From a phage, in sequence record PZ495249.1: 64,000 nt of DNA; one strand, given 5' to 3'. Under the pieces are notes generated by a model, which saw nothing but the letters and a program-made list of their open reading frames with translations, had not been told where the DNA came from and ran no database searches. Positions 52,807-61,431 of the stretch are shown one piece after another. Each line of letters opens with the position of its first letter. Within the stretch, counting starts at the first letter, position 1. The position numbers and the translations under genes were made by a program.

Positions 52807-52817
52807 AAGGAGGAGAT

Positions 52818-53258
52818 ATGTTAGAAATTCCAGCTTCATTCATGGATAAGAACGTCCATGCATACCAGCAAATCTGTAAGCGAGCAAAGAATACACTGGA
52901 TGCTATTGTCAGCAAACGTTATGTCATTTCTGAAAAGAAATGGTTCCGTACTATTCACTACGAAGTGAACGTTTTCGGTGAATGCAAACACAGAACAGGA
53001 TCTACCGAGAGAATTCTGGAATGGATGCTTGAAAACGACCATATTTCCTCTCAAGACTATCAACTGCTCAAGTTCTACGACATGTCCAACATGGTAGATA
53101 TTGTCATCGACAATCTCCAGGAACGCCGTAACGAGAGCGATAAGGTGTCTGTGAATATGGATGAAATGCAACTCCTGTATTACATTGGAACGTTCACAGA
53201 AGACCCCACTTTAACGAAAGAGGAACTTCTTTTTGGCGAACAAGTACGACCGACCTGA
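52818..53258 (+). CDS. hypothetical protein, 146 aa
   Basis: SD TAAGGAGGAGAT-ATG. Confidence 0.4.
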   Translation: MLEIPASFMDKNVHAYQQICKRAKNTLDAIVSKRYVISEKKWFRTIHYEVNVFGECKHRTGSTERILEWMLENDHISSQDYQLLKFYDMSNMVDIVIDNLQERRNESDKVSVNMDEMQLLYYIGTFTEDPTLTKEELLFGEQVRPT

Positions 53259-53742
53259 GTCGGATTATTACCCAACACCACAAAAGTGTATTGAAGCACT
53301 GTTCAGTGTTATTGATTTTAAAAATTTGAGAGAAGAGGGTTGGCACTTTGCCGAGCCATGCCGAGGGGAAGCATCTGCGATTTATCAGCACTTCCCCGAA
53401 GGTTCAGAATATTGCGAGTTAGAAGAGGGTAAAGATTACTTTGCCAGTGTATGGGAAACCAAACCGGACATTATAATCACAAACCCTCCATTCAAACTGG
53501 CATTAGAGTTCTTGCAAAAGAGCTTACAAGAAGCAGACGTATCTATCTACCTGTTACGTTTGGGATTTCTGGAATCTAAGAAACGTCGAGATTTCCATAA
53601 AGCCAACCCTCCAACCAACTTGATTATTCTCTCTGAGCGACCATCGTTTGTTGCGGGTGGCACAGACAAGACAGCGTATGCCTGGTACGTCTATGATCCA
53701 AAACAAAGGCTTGGGCTTACCCAACCTTTCTATTTTGTATAA
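53233..53742 (+). CDS. small putative DNA N6-adenine methyltransferase-like protein, 169 aa
   Basis: DYYPTP, EPCRGEAS (SAM-binding-like) and IITNPPF (motif IV NPPF); start codon uncertain. Confidence 0.4.
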   Translation: MANKYDRPESDYYPTPQKCIEALFSVIDFKNLREEGWHFAEPCRGEASAIYQHFPEGSEYCELEEGKDYFASVWETKPDIIITNPPFKLALEFLQKSLQEADVSIYLLRLGFLESKKRRDFHKANPPTNLIILSERPSFVAGGTDKTAYAWYVYDPKQRLGLTQPFYFV

Positions 53743-53751
53743 GGATGATTA

Positions 53752-53955
53752 ATGGCCTACAACTACTATCTTGTGTATGTTCACGAGAACACGAAAGAAG
53801 ACACTGGAACGAACGTCTACGCTGAGTCGGAAGACCATGCAAAGGCTATCGGGGCAGTTCTTCTTACACGCATGACAGGGGAAGAATTTACATCGGCTGA
53901 TGTTTACGCAGAAGTAGATCCTGATATGCAAGAAGATGATATCACAACCACTTGA
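53752..53955 (+). CDS. hypothetical acidic protein, 67 aa
   Basis: ORF with SD (AAGGATGATTA). Confidence 0.35.
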   Translation: MAYNYYLVYVHENTKEDTGTNVYAESEDHAKAIGAVLLTRMTGEEFTSADVYAEVDPDMQEDDITTT

Positions 53956-53980
53956 CAATAGTTTTGTGTTAGTGCATACT
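53952..53980 (+). promoter_or_regulatory. sigma70-like promoter
   Basis: TTGACA - 17 nt - CATACT upstream of the recombinase gene. Confidence 0.3.
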
Positions 53981-54005
53981 CATTGAAACAGCATAGGAGG
54001 GTGTC

Positions 54006-54668
54006 ATGAAATTCGTACTTTACCATCGTCTTTCCAAAAAGAAACAGCAAGGCAACCAATACGGTATTGAATCACAGGAAGTTGATATTCAACGTTTCCT
54101 GGACTCGCAAGAGAACTATACCGTGATCGGGACTTTCGCTGAATACTACTCTGGTAAAGGTGACTGGAAGCAACGTAGAGAACTGGTGAAAGCCGTGGAA
54201 CTCTGCAAAGCAACTGGTGCAACACTTGTGGTTGCAAAGGTTGACCGTTTAGGTCGTAACACTGCCTCAGTTGCAACGCTTCTCGAAATGGTGAATGTTC
54301 GTATTGCTACGATGCCCTCCGCTGAGAATATGGTGATTAATATCCTCGCCGTTCTCGCAGAAGAAGAAGCACGAGCGATCTCTGATCGTGTGAGAAAAAG
54401 TTTGAAAGTTGCCAAAGAGAAAGGTATACTCCTTGGTGCTGCAAATGAAAAATACAATCGTACAGATTACTCTAAGAGAGAGGAATCAAAGCGCTCTATG
54501 GAATTTGCCATGAGCATGAAAGATTCCCTTGTTGCTTTCCGTTCAATGAACACACCGTTCATGACAATTGCAAAGCATCTTAACGAAAGCGGTAAAACTA
54601 CTATCCGAGGCAGCAAGTTTGATGCGAAAGCTGTCCAGCGCTTATGTTCTAAGTTAGAAATCAACTGA
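54006..54668 (+). CDS. serine recombinase (resolvase/invertase family), 220 aa
   Basis: Catalytic-domain motifs YHRLSKKKQ (Ser nucleophile), LVVAKVDRLGRN, and the E-rich helix EEEARAISDRVRKSL. Confidence 0.5.
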   Translation: MKFVLYHRLSKKKQQGNQYGIESQEVDIQRFLDSQENYTVIGTFAEYYSGKGDWKQRRELVKAVELCKATGATLVVAKVDRLGRNTASVATLLEMVNVRIATMPSAENMVINILAVLAEEEARAISDRVRKSLKVAKEKGILLGAANEKYNRTDYSKREESKRSMEFAMSMKDSLVAFRSMNTPFMTIAKHLNESGKTTIRGSKFDAKAVQRLCSKLEIN

Positions 54669-54679
54669 GGAGGTTTGGT

Positions 54680-54874
54680 GTGATTACCCATGAGGAGACA
54701 ATCGTCAAGAATTTTCCGTCAAAACGTCAGATGGTGGAGTTTGTCCATTTTCTGGAGGCTGACGAAATACTTATCCAACGTCAAGGGGAAACCTGGAACG
54801 TTTTATACAATGCCAACAAAACCACTGTAACTCTGTCCGAAGATGATTTCTCCGAGGTAGACGTTATGAGTTGA
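54680..54874 (+). CDS. hypothetical protein, 64 aa
   Basis: Short ORF after the recombinase gene. Confidence 0.35.
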   Translation: MITHEETIVKNFPSKRQMVEFVHFLEADEILIQRQGETWNVLYNANKTTVTLSEDDFSEVDVMS

Positions 54875-54892
54875 GTTTTAAGGAGTACAACT

Positions 54893-55465
54893 ATGCGTTT
54901 AGCTTCAACAGGTAAAATCAACACGACCAATGTCCTAACGGCTGTTGGTCTATTAAGCAAACATTTTGTACCCGCAAATTTACCAGTTTGCGTAGACTTC
55001 GATCATGTCTTTGATATTGCAAGTCCTTCACGCTGCTTTGCCCGTAGTAACATCGAGAATCCCAGTGAGAATCTATTTTACATCGTTAAACCATCTCAGG
55101 CGATCCTGAATCAAGTGGAAGCGGGTATTATTCTCCCAGGTAAATACTTCTCACTACTTCCGTGTAAATCAATTGCTATCGAAGATAGCGTAAATTATGC
55201 CAACAACTTAGTTGTTGCTGCCTACATTGTGTCAGAACAAGAATCTACCGCAGAATTAGCGAACGTAGTCAAAAGTGTTTACGATGCAATGGGTGTTGCT
55301 TACACAACCTTTATCTGTGAGGATAAACCTCATTGCGTAGAGTTTGTGGTTAACGGTGTAACAGTGTGTAGAGTAGAAACATTCTTAGTATATGATTATT
55401 ATGTTTCAGTAGCCAGTGTAGTATCTGAACCTGTGTTCAGTATTGCATGTTCACTAACTTATTGA
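54893..55465 (+). CDS. hypothetical protein, 190 aa
   Basis: ORF with SD. Confidence 0.4.
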   Translation: MRLASTGKINTTNVLTAVGLLSKHFVPANLPVCVDFDHVFDIASPSRCFARSNIENPSENLFYIVKPSQAILNQVEAGIILPGKYFSLLPCKSIAIEDSVNYANNLVVAAYIVSEQESTAELANVVKSVYDAMGVAYTTFICEDKPHCVEFVVNGVTVCRVETFLVYDYYVSVASVVSEPVFSIACSLTY

Positions 55466-55475
55466 GGAGGAGGGA

Positions 55476-55787
55476 ATGAGAATCACAACAGAAGGTGCTT
55501 TAGTCAACAAAGGTAGGGAGATCTTGGAAAGCCATTTCCCAGACATTGAGAAAACTCCTGGTTATCTTGGCTGGCGTATGCAAGAAACTGTGGATTTTCT
55601 CCCTCATCAAACTTCAATATTTCTTCTCGTCAAAGTAGAAGGTGACACGCCATACAAAGATGTAGCGGAGCACATCGAAAGAGTAGAAGACGTGGCTTAC
55701 GCCGAATTTGCCTACCTGGATATCGCACCAGAATTAGAAGGGAAGGTGAATATATTTATTCTAATGGATTTTGAGGAGGAGACATGA
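55476..55787 (+). CDS. hypothetical protein, 103 aa
   Basis: SD GAGGAGGAGGG-ATG. Confidence 0.4.
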   Translation: MRITTEGALVNKGREILESHFPDIEKTPGYLGWRMQETVDFLPHQTSIFLLVKVEGDTPYKDVAEHIERVEDVAYAEFAYLDIAPELEGKVNIFILMDFEEET

Positions 55788-56521
55788 TCTTATATAAACA
55801 CATCGATCTGAATGATGATCAAGAGTTGTTCATTGTTGGTGATTTGCATGGTTCATATGACCTGTACACCAAGGGTGCTCACATACTTGGTATTCGTGAA
55901 GAAGATGTGGTGATTTCCCTTGGTGATTTAACAGATCGTGGGGAACAGAACTTGCGTTGTGTACTGGAGTTCACCAGAAAGAAAAACCACTATGCTATTC
56001 GTGGTAATCACGAGGACATGATGATCCGTGGTATGCTGGAAGGTAGCAGAGACTACTACCAGTGCTGGTATCAAAATGGTGGCTGGACTGTCTGGAACGA
56101 AATGGGTGAAGAAGGTGTAACTCTTCTTGCCACAATGGTAGAAGAACTGCCTGTGGTGTTGACAGCCTCACATCGTGGGAAAACATATGGCTTCATTCAT
56201 GGTGGATATCCTTCTGTTTTTGAACACTTACCACTTACCGATATTCCAAAACTTAATCTTGAAGGTGAGCGCCTCCAGGCTTTTGCTGAAAGTTTAATGT
56301 GGGATCGCGATATGGTAACTTGTGCTCAGGAAGGTCTAAGTCTGCCGAAAGTTCTTGGTGTGGATTATGTCTTTCATGGACATTCTTACGTACCGGAGCC
56401 GTTGATCAACGCCAACCGTGTTTATATGGACACTGGCGGTGTATTTAACAACAATCTCACCTTTGCATACTTTGATGTGGATGGTGAACTTAAATTTTAT
56501 TCAACTCTTGAGGAGGATTGA
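55784..56521 (+). CDS. PPP-family serine/threonine protein phosphatase (lambda-phosphatase-like), 245 aa
   Basis: Metallophosphatase motifs GDLHG, GDLTDRG, GNHE. Confidence 0.6.
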   Translation: MILYKHIDLNDDQELFIVGDLHGSYDLYTKGAHILGIREEDVVISLGDLTDRGEQNLRCVLEFTRKKNHYAIRGNHEDMMIRGMLEGSRDYYQCWYQNGGWTVWNEMGEEGVTLLATMVEELPVVLTASHRGKTYGFIHGGYPSVFEHLPLTDIPKLNLEGERLQAFAESLMWDRDMVTCAQEGLSLPKVLGVDYVFHGHSYVPEPLINANRVYMDTGGVFNNNLTFAYFDVDGELKFYSTLEED

Positions 56522-56787
56522 TGTATAAAATTACAATCAAGCGAACTGTTGGAGATATCGTTACAGAAACGACTATTGAGACAGATGACCTTGAATTAGC
56601 CAAAGAAATTTTGGTGTCAGAAGAGATTATCAAAGTTGAAACTGATGTTCCGAATGAGAGTATTGATCCTGGTATGGAATCTCTGAAAGAACTATGGAGA
56701 AAACATCTGGACGATATATGGAAAAACCCGCGCACAGGCGTTCCATATGAAACAGGAACTCCCTGGCCTTTCACAGTAACTTGTTAA
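56518..56787 (+). CDS. hypothetical protein, 89 aa
   Basis: ATGA overlap with the upstream gene. Confidence 0.4.
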   Translation: MMYKITIKRTVGDIVTETTIETDDLELAKEILVSEEIIKVETDVPNESIDPGMESLKELWRKHLDDIWKNPRTGVPYETGTPWPFTVTC

Positions 56788-56796
56788 GGTGACGAT

Positions 56797-57369
56797 ATGA
56801 GCGACTTATTTTATACGGGCGTTGGAAGTCGTGATATCACAGATGAAGAATGGGATGTAATGGTAGCTGTTGCCAAATGGTTGGCACAGTGGTGTAAACT
56901 TCGATCAGGTAAAGCCGGAGGTTCGGACTCTGCATTTGAATATGGGGTGTCCTTATCGGACTTCCCTGACAACAAGGAGATCTATATTCCTTGGCCTAAA
57001 TTTGAAGGGAATGAAATTCCAGGTGAAAAGATTTCTCTTGATCGTCCAGACAGCGTAAACTATGCTCTGACTTTGCAGTATGCGAAAGAGATTCATCCGG
57101 CTTGGGATAAACTTTCTCAGGGTGCTAAGAAATTACATCAGAGAAACATACACCAAGTGTTGGGACGAGATCTGGAAAACCCTGCACCATCCATATTCTT
57201 GCTGGCGTGTTCAGACGAGGATAAGAACGGAGATGTGAAAGGCGGTACTCGAACTGCTTGGCTGCTGGCTAAGAAGTTTAATGTTCCGTGTTTCAATATT
57301 CGAGGAAAAACGAAAAGAGAGATCTTCGAATTTATTCAACCTATCTTGAAGGAGAAACTTAATGCTTGA
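56797..57369 (+). CDS. DprA/Smf-like (SLOG-superfamily) Rossmann-fold protein, 190 aa
   Basis: YTGVGSRDIT ... LRSGKAGGSDSAFEYG parallels the DprA core (GSR...SGxAxGxD). Confidence 0.35.
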   Translation: MSDLFYTGVGSRDITDEEWDVMVAVAKWLAQWCKLRSGKAGGSDSAFEYGVSLSDFPDNKEIYIPWPKFEGNEIPGEKISLDRPDSVNYALTLQYAKEIHPAWDKLSQGAKKLHQRNIHQVLGRDLENPAPSIFLLACSDEDKNGDVKGGTRTAWLLAKKFNVPCFNIRGKTKREIFEFIQPILKEKLNA

Positions 57370-57898
57370 TGCATATCAAAGGGGCGGTGCTCGCCCCAAT
57401 ATCAGTGAGATGTATAGTCCGGTTGTCGATTTAACACCAATGATCACTAAACGTGTTATGGATACTATCGAGAAAGGTACATGGGTGGTGAGTGATAAGA
57501 TTGAGTTTCGTTATCACAAGACGATTGTTGCTGTTAGTGACAATGGCGCGGCAATGAATGTTCCATTCTATCCCTTGGATAAGACTCTCACTCAAGAAGA
57601 GATTGAGGAAATTAACCTCCACGTCCTGGGTTATGTCCCATTTGAGAATACGGTCATCCAGACCTACACCACTCTAATGGTAAATGAGATCCTACGCGCA
57701 ATTACCCGTGTCTTGGATGAGGGTGTAAGAAAAATCATCGTACATTTCTGTCCCGCTGATACACCGGAATATGCTAACACTGTGGCTTATCCGCTGTATG
57801 GTTTTATTGCTAATGGTGTTCTTCAAATGGAAACTTCTTTCCTGATTGAAGAAATAAAAAATGACTTTTCTGTTGACATAGATCAAGGTGGTTGGTAA
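57362..57898 (+). CDS. hypothetical protein, 178 aa
   Basis: ORF overlapping the end of the SLOG-like gene. Confidence 0.4.
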   Translation: MLDAYQRGGARPNISEMYSPVVDLTPMITKRVMDTIEKGTWVVSDKIEFRYHKTIVAVSDNGAAMNVPFYPLDKTLTQEEIEEINLHVLGYVPFENTVIQTYTTLMVNEILRAITRVLDEGVRKIIVHFCPADTPEYANTVAYPLYGFIANGVLQMETSFLIEEIKNDFSVDIDQGGW

Positions 57899-57936
57899 AC
57901 TCTTCGGAAATTGTCAATAACAACTGGAGGTAAGAG

Positions 57937-58095
57937 ATGAAAACGACAGAACAACTGATCGCGCAGAAACTGGAAGAAGCAATTGTGATGGCTCGTGCTG
58001 AGGGCTTAGGTCAAAACTATTTCAACATCACCCTCGAAGATGGTGAAAATGTTGAAGTGAACGTTCAATGGCGATCTTCTTCCTATGACTGCTAA
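57937..58095 (+). CDS. small protein, 52 aa, member of the C-terminal WxSSSxxC family
   Basis: SD GGAGGTAAGAG-ATG; ends ...NVQWRSSSYDC-stop; below the supplied track cutoff. Confidence 0.4.
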   Translation: MKTTEQLIAQKLEEAIVMARAEGLGQNYFNITLEDGENVEVNVQWRSSSYDC

Positions 58096-58378
58096 TGTGG
58101 GATTAGAACACTCCTTCCTTGCCTCTTGGCAAGGATGGGATGAAGTGGGAAGTGCAGGTGATCTTTGCTTCTATGGTTGCACTTTAGCGAACCACCTGAA
58201 AGGGATGGAGCCAGAGGGAACCAAGGAGATTATTACAATCTTCCTGATGAGTGAGTCAACTGTGCAATTTGACTTCTACGGTGAGAGCGCGTTTTCTGAC
58301 CCTCGTGATGCTTACTTGGGAAGCAAAGCATTTAAAATTAAAGCAGTATTAGAAGAGGAGATTCCTTGCGATGAGTAA
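58085..58378 (+). CDS. hypothetical protein, 97 aa
   Basis: Track ORF; start uncertain; no tail motif. Confidence 0.3.
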   Translation: MTANVGLEHSFLASWQGWDEVGSAGDLCFYGCTLANHLKGMEPEGTKEIITIFLMSESTVQFDFYGESAFSDPRDAYLGSKAFKIKAVLEEEIPCDE

Positions 58379-58790
58379 ATATGTAACTGGTCAAATTTTT
58401 GAAGACAACTGGGATGACGAAGTGGGGCGTATTGTATACGCTAACGGCATCTGGTCTAACGATGAAGACCGCGCTGCCTTTGAAGATTCGTATGGCGGAA
58501 TGCCGGACGATATGCCAGAGGTGATCCTGTACGAATTCATGTACCATGATGAATTTGTCGAGGGCGAAGCAGCGATCAAAGATTTTGTTCGTGAGCATGG
58601 CCTTATCGACGTTGCAGAGCGTGAGTGTAAAGATCGAGAACGCCAAGTGATTGTTGATACCCTGAATGCAATGGGCGTAGATACCGCCGATCTGATTGTT
58701 TCAGAAGGTCGTGTTTACATGGGGAGCGACGAGTGTGAAGCCTATATTCAAGGCAGTCATGCTTGGTGTTCAAGTAGCATGATTTGCTAA
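58371..58790 (+). CDS. acidic protein, 139 aa, WxSSSxxC family
   Basis: Ends ...GSHAWCSSSMIC-stop. Confidence 0.45.
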   Translation: MSKYVTGQIFEDNWDDEVGRIVYANGIWSNDEDRAAFEDSYGGMPDDMPEVILYEFMYHDEFVEGEAAIKDFVREHGLIDVAERECKDRERQVIVDTLNAMGVDTADLIVSEGRVYMGSDECEAYIQGSHAWCSSSMIC

Positions 58791-58799
58791 GGAGAGTGG

Positions 58800-59234
58800 A
58801 TGTATAATAACACTGATAATCTCGAAGTCGGAAAAGACTTCTACGATCTGAATACTGGTGAGTATGTCTTTACCGTTATTTATGATGGTGACGACGACAC
58901 CCGCATCCTGGTAGAAGGTATCCCAACAAAGGTGCAGAGTCAGTATAGTGATTACATGTATGATATCGTGGCATACAATAAGGACACTATGCACCCTTTA
59001 GACGAAGATGATGTGAACGATATTTGTTACAACAATTTGATTGTCACAAAGGAATATCTGGACGCCATCAATGCCACGAAACAAGTATTGATTAATATCT
59101 GGGAACAATCTGGTATTCAAGAACCATTCGTGTATGAAGATGGGAATTTCTATGTTGGTAAAGAACAAGTTCTTTCAGCCCACATTAATTCCGGCTACGA
59201 ACACGGTTGGATTTCGAGTAGTATCTGCTGGTGA
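58800..59234 (+). CDS. acidic protein, 144 aa, WxSSSxxC family
   Basis: Ends ...YEHGWISSSICW-stop; SD AAGGAGAGTGG-ATG. Confidence 0.45.
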   Translation: MYNNTDNLEVGKDFYDLNTGEYVFTVIYDGDDDTRILVEGIPTKVQSQYSDYMYDIVAYNKDTMHPLDEDDVNDICYNNLIVTKEYLDAINATKQVLINIWEQSGIQEPFVYEDGNFYVGKEQVLSAHINSGYEHGWISSSICW

Positions 59235-59458
59235 GTGTTGGAACTGTAGCGGTATGGATAAAGTCTGAATCTGGTGATGATTATCTGTACTGCTTTGAGA
59301 ACCAATCCTTAGAGCAAATTTCCAACAATCTGACAGAGAACCTGGAAATGTTTTGCCCTATTTGTGATTGGAAAACTACCGGAGACAATAAAGACTTCGT
59401 TAGTGATGTTAAGATGTTTATGTCGGATTTATATGATAAATCATGGGAGAGAGAATGA
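59231..59458 (+). CDS. hypothetical protein, 75 aa
   Basis: ATGA overlap with the upstream gene; no tail motif. Confidence 0.4.
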   Translation: MSVGTVAVWIKSESGDDYLYCFENQSLEQISNNLTENLEMFCPICDWKTTGDNKDFVSDVKMFMSDLYDKSWERE

Positions 59459-59649
59459 GTGAATTTAAAACAGTAAGTGAAGCAGTGGCAGCGGCAAATG
59501 CTGCCCTCGCTGAGGCAGAACGCCTATCTCTGGAAACAGGTGAAGGGTTTGGTTTCCATCCGTGTTATGGTATGGGCGGTTACTTCGATCCAGAAGAAGA
59601 AAACGAGTACACTGGGGATCACTGGTTCCCATCTTCACTGGGTTGCTAA
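59455..59649 (+). CDS. small protein, 64 aa, WxSSSxxC family
   Basis: Start at ATG with SD GGGAGAGAGA; ends ...GDHWFPSSLGC-stop. Confidence 0.45.
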   Translation: MSEFKTVSEAVAAANAALAEAERLSLETGEGFGFHPCYGMGGYFDPEEENEYTGDHWFPSSLGC

Positions 59650-60005
59650 TGCAGCCATTTGAGTGTAAAGTGTTTATTGCAGGGCATGAAGTTATGCCCT
59701 TTGATGAAAACGTGAGTATTGAGATAAGGAGAACACCTGTGGACAAGAAAGAAATTGAAAACCTGATCCGTGAAAAAACTGCTGCTGCCGAAGCCTACAT
59801 GCAGTCTGTGAAAGACGAAGTGGCTGAACTGGCAGATAAAGCTGGCGTTCAGGCTTATTGGGGCGAATATGGTAGCGGTGAAACCTACTACCCTGTTGGT
59901 ACAGATGTAAATGCCGAATACATCGGTTGGGAAGCGAGTGAGTATGCAGATGAGAACGGTATCCTGACTCAAGGTATGTGGATCTCTTCAAGCTCTATGT
60001 GCTAA
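59649..60005 (+). CDS. acidic protein, 118 aa, WxSSSxxC family
   Basis: ATG overlaps the upstream stop (TAATG); ends ...TQGMWISSSSMC-stop. Confidence 0.45.
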   Translation: MQPFECKVFIAGHEVMPFDENVSIEIRRTPVDKKEIENLIREKTAAAEAYMQSVKDEVAELADKAGVQAYWGEYGSGETYYPVGTDVNAEYIGWEASEYADENGILTQGMWISSSSMC

Positions 60006-60018
60006 GAGTGTAACTATT

Positions 60019-60045
60019 AACCCGCTTCGGCGGGTTTTTTATTGC
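60019..60045 (+). terminator. intrinsic terminator
   Basis: CCCGC-TTCG-GCGGG hairpin followed by TTTTTTATT. Confidence 0.5.
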
Positions 60046-60052
60046 CTGAGTA

Positions 60053-60081
60053 TTGACACGTTAATCAAAACCTGGTAAACT
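60053..60081 (+). promoter_or_regulatory. sigma70-like promoter
   Basis: TTGACA - 17 nt - TAAACT directly after the terminator. Confidence 0.4.
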
Positions 60082-60111
60082 CTGGGAATCATTTAAGAGA
60101 GGAGAAACATT

Positions 60112-61041
60112 ATGATTATGGTTGGTAGCCGTGGTTTAGAGATTCAATTAGAACGGGAGGCTAAGAAATTTTATCGCCCTTGTCTTGATCTTGACTTTCT
60201 TTGCACAGAGAAGGAGTGGAGTATAGCATTCATCCGTTACACCCACGAAGAAGGCGTTGAGCTTGTGGAACGTACTGGCAACAAAGGTCATGTCAAACTG
60301 ACAGATGGGACACATATCGAGTTTGATATTGCTCAACCTGGCGATAGCACAGATATTCTGATCCAATATTGCAAGGCAAACCCACAGAGTATGTTCCTTA
60401 ACAACGGTGATTTCGTGGCTCCGGTGGATGTTCTGTATCTGCTGAAAATGAGTCATCGTTATAAGAAGAATAGCCCTCATTTCTTCAAGACCATGAATGA
60501 TATCCATTTCATGCGTTCTCTTGGGGCTAAGATCCCAGTGGAATTAGAAGAAGTGTTTAAGCTGCGTGAGAAAGAGACTTACGATTACTCACACCCAAAT
60601 CTGGATGTGAAGAGCAAAGACTTCTTCAAAGGTGATGAAGTGCCGTATGTTTACGATCACGACACGATTCATGAAGCAGTGGCGGTGTTGGGTGTACCTG
60701 CATACAAATCTTACATGAAAGATGACAGCGAAGTGATGACTTCCAAAGAGAAGTTCTTTGAACAGGAAAATCATATCCGTCTTCTCGGTGTGTACGAAGA
60801 GAGCTGCGTACTGGCACTGGAACGTTCGCAGATTCCGTTCAATTTCGAGGTTCCGGCTCGTCAGAGTTTTGTTATGGCACTTAGTAAAGTTTGCACATCG
60901 ATCACTTCCGGCTGGTTCCGTGAGTACGCCTGGGAGAACTTCGGGGTTGTCATGAAGTTCTATGAAAGCATGGGTGAAACTGATTACATTGAGCGATTCA
61001 AAGCTAATCAACACCTGGTTAAACCATTCGAGGGGGAATAA
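60112..61041 (+). CDS. hypothetical protein, 309 aa
   Basis: SD GAGAGGAGAAACATT-ATG; no motif recognised. Confidence 0.4.
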   Translation: MIMVGSRGLEIQLEREAKKFYRPCLDLDFLCTEKEWSIAFIRYTHEEGVELVERTGNKGHVKLTDGTHIEFDIAQPGDSTDILIQYCKANPQSMFLNNGDFVAPVDVLYLLKMSHRYKKNSPHFFKTMNDIHFMRSLGAKIPVELEEVFKLREKETYDYSHPNLDVKSKDFFKGDEVPYVYDHDTIHEAVAVLGVPAYKSYMKDDSEVMTSKEKFFEQENHIRLLGVYEESCVLALERSQIPFNFEVPARQSFVMALSKVCTSITSGWFREYAWENFGVVMKFYESMGETDYIERFKANQHLVKPFEGE

Positions 61042-61431
61042 ATGGGTTATTTAAATGATACATACATCACACCTACTAAGGATCAATTAAGTATGGCTCT
61101 TATTAAGGTGAAACGTGTGCGCGAACTCTACAAACCAATTAATGAGCGTTTGGAGAAGGAGACAGTAGAGGTTAAAAGTTGGTGGGGTTTACGCCGTAAG
61201 GTGATGACTAAAGATCAGCACATCCGTAAAGCTAACGAAAATTCTTTCATGCCGTTTTATGGTCGTGCATTTCTGCTCGGATACATAACAGCAGAAGAAT
61301 ACCAAATCTGCCGTTTCCTGATGGAGGCTCCAGGAGTGAAGACACTCCAAAAATGGGAAACAGCGGAGAGAGTATATCTTTGTGAAGATGACCACAGACA
61401 GTTGATGTTTGCTTTAACTGAGGAGATTTAA
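61042..61431 (+). CDS. hypothetical protein, 129 aa
   Basis: ATG immediately after the upstream stop. Confidence 0.4.
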   Translation: MGYLNDTYITPTKDQLSMALIKVKRVRELYKPINERLEKETVEVKSWWGLRRKVMTKDQHIRKANENSFMPFYGRAFLLGYITAEEYQICRFLMEAPGVKTLQKWETAERVYLCEDDHRQLMFALTEEI

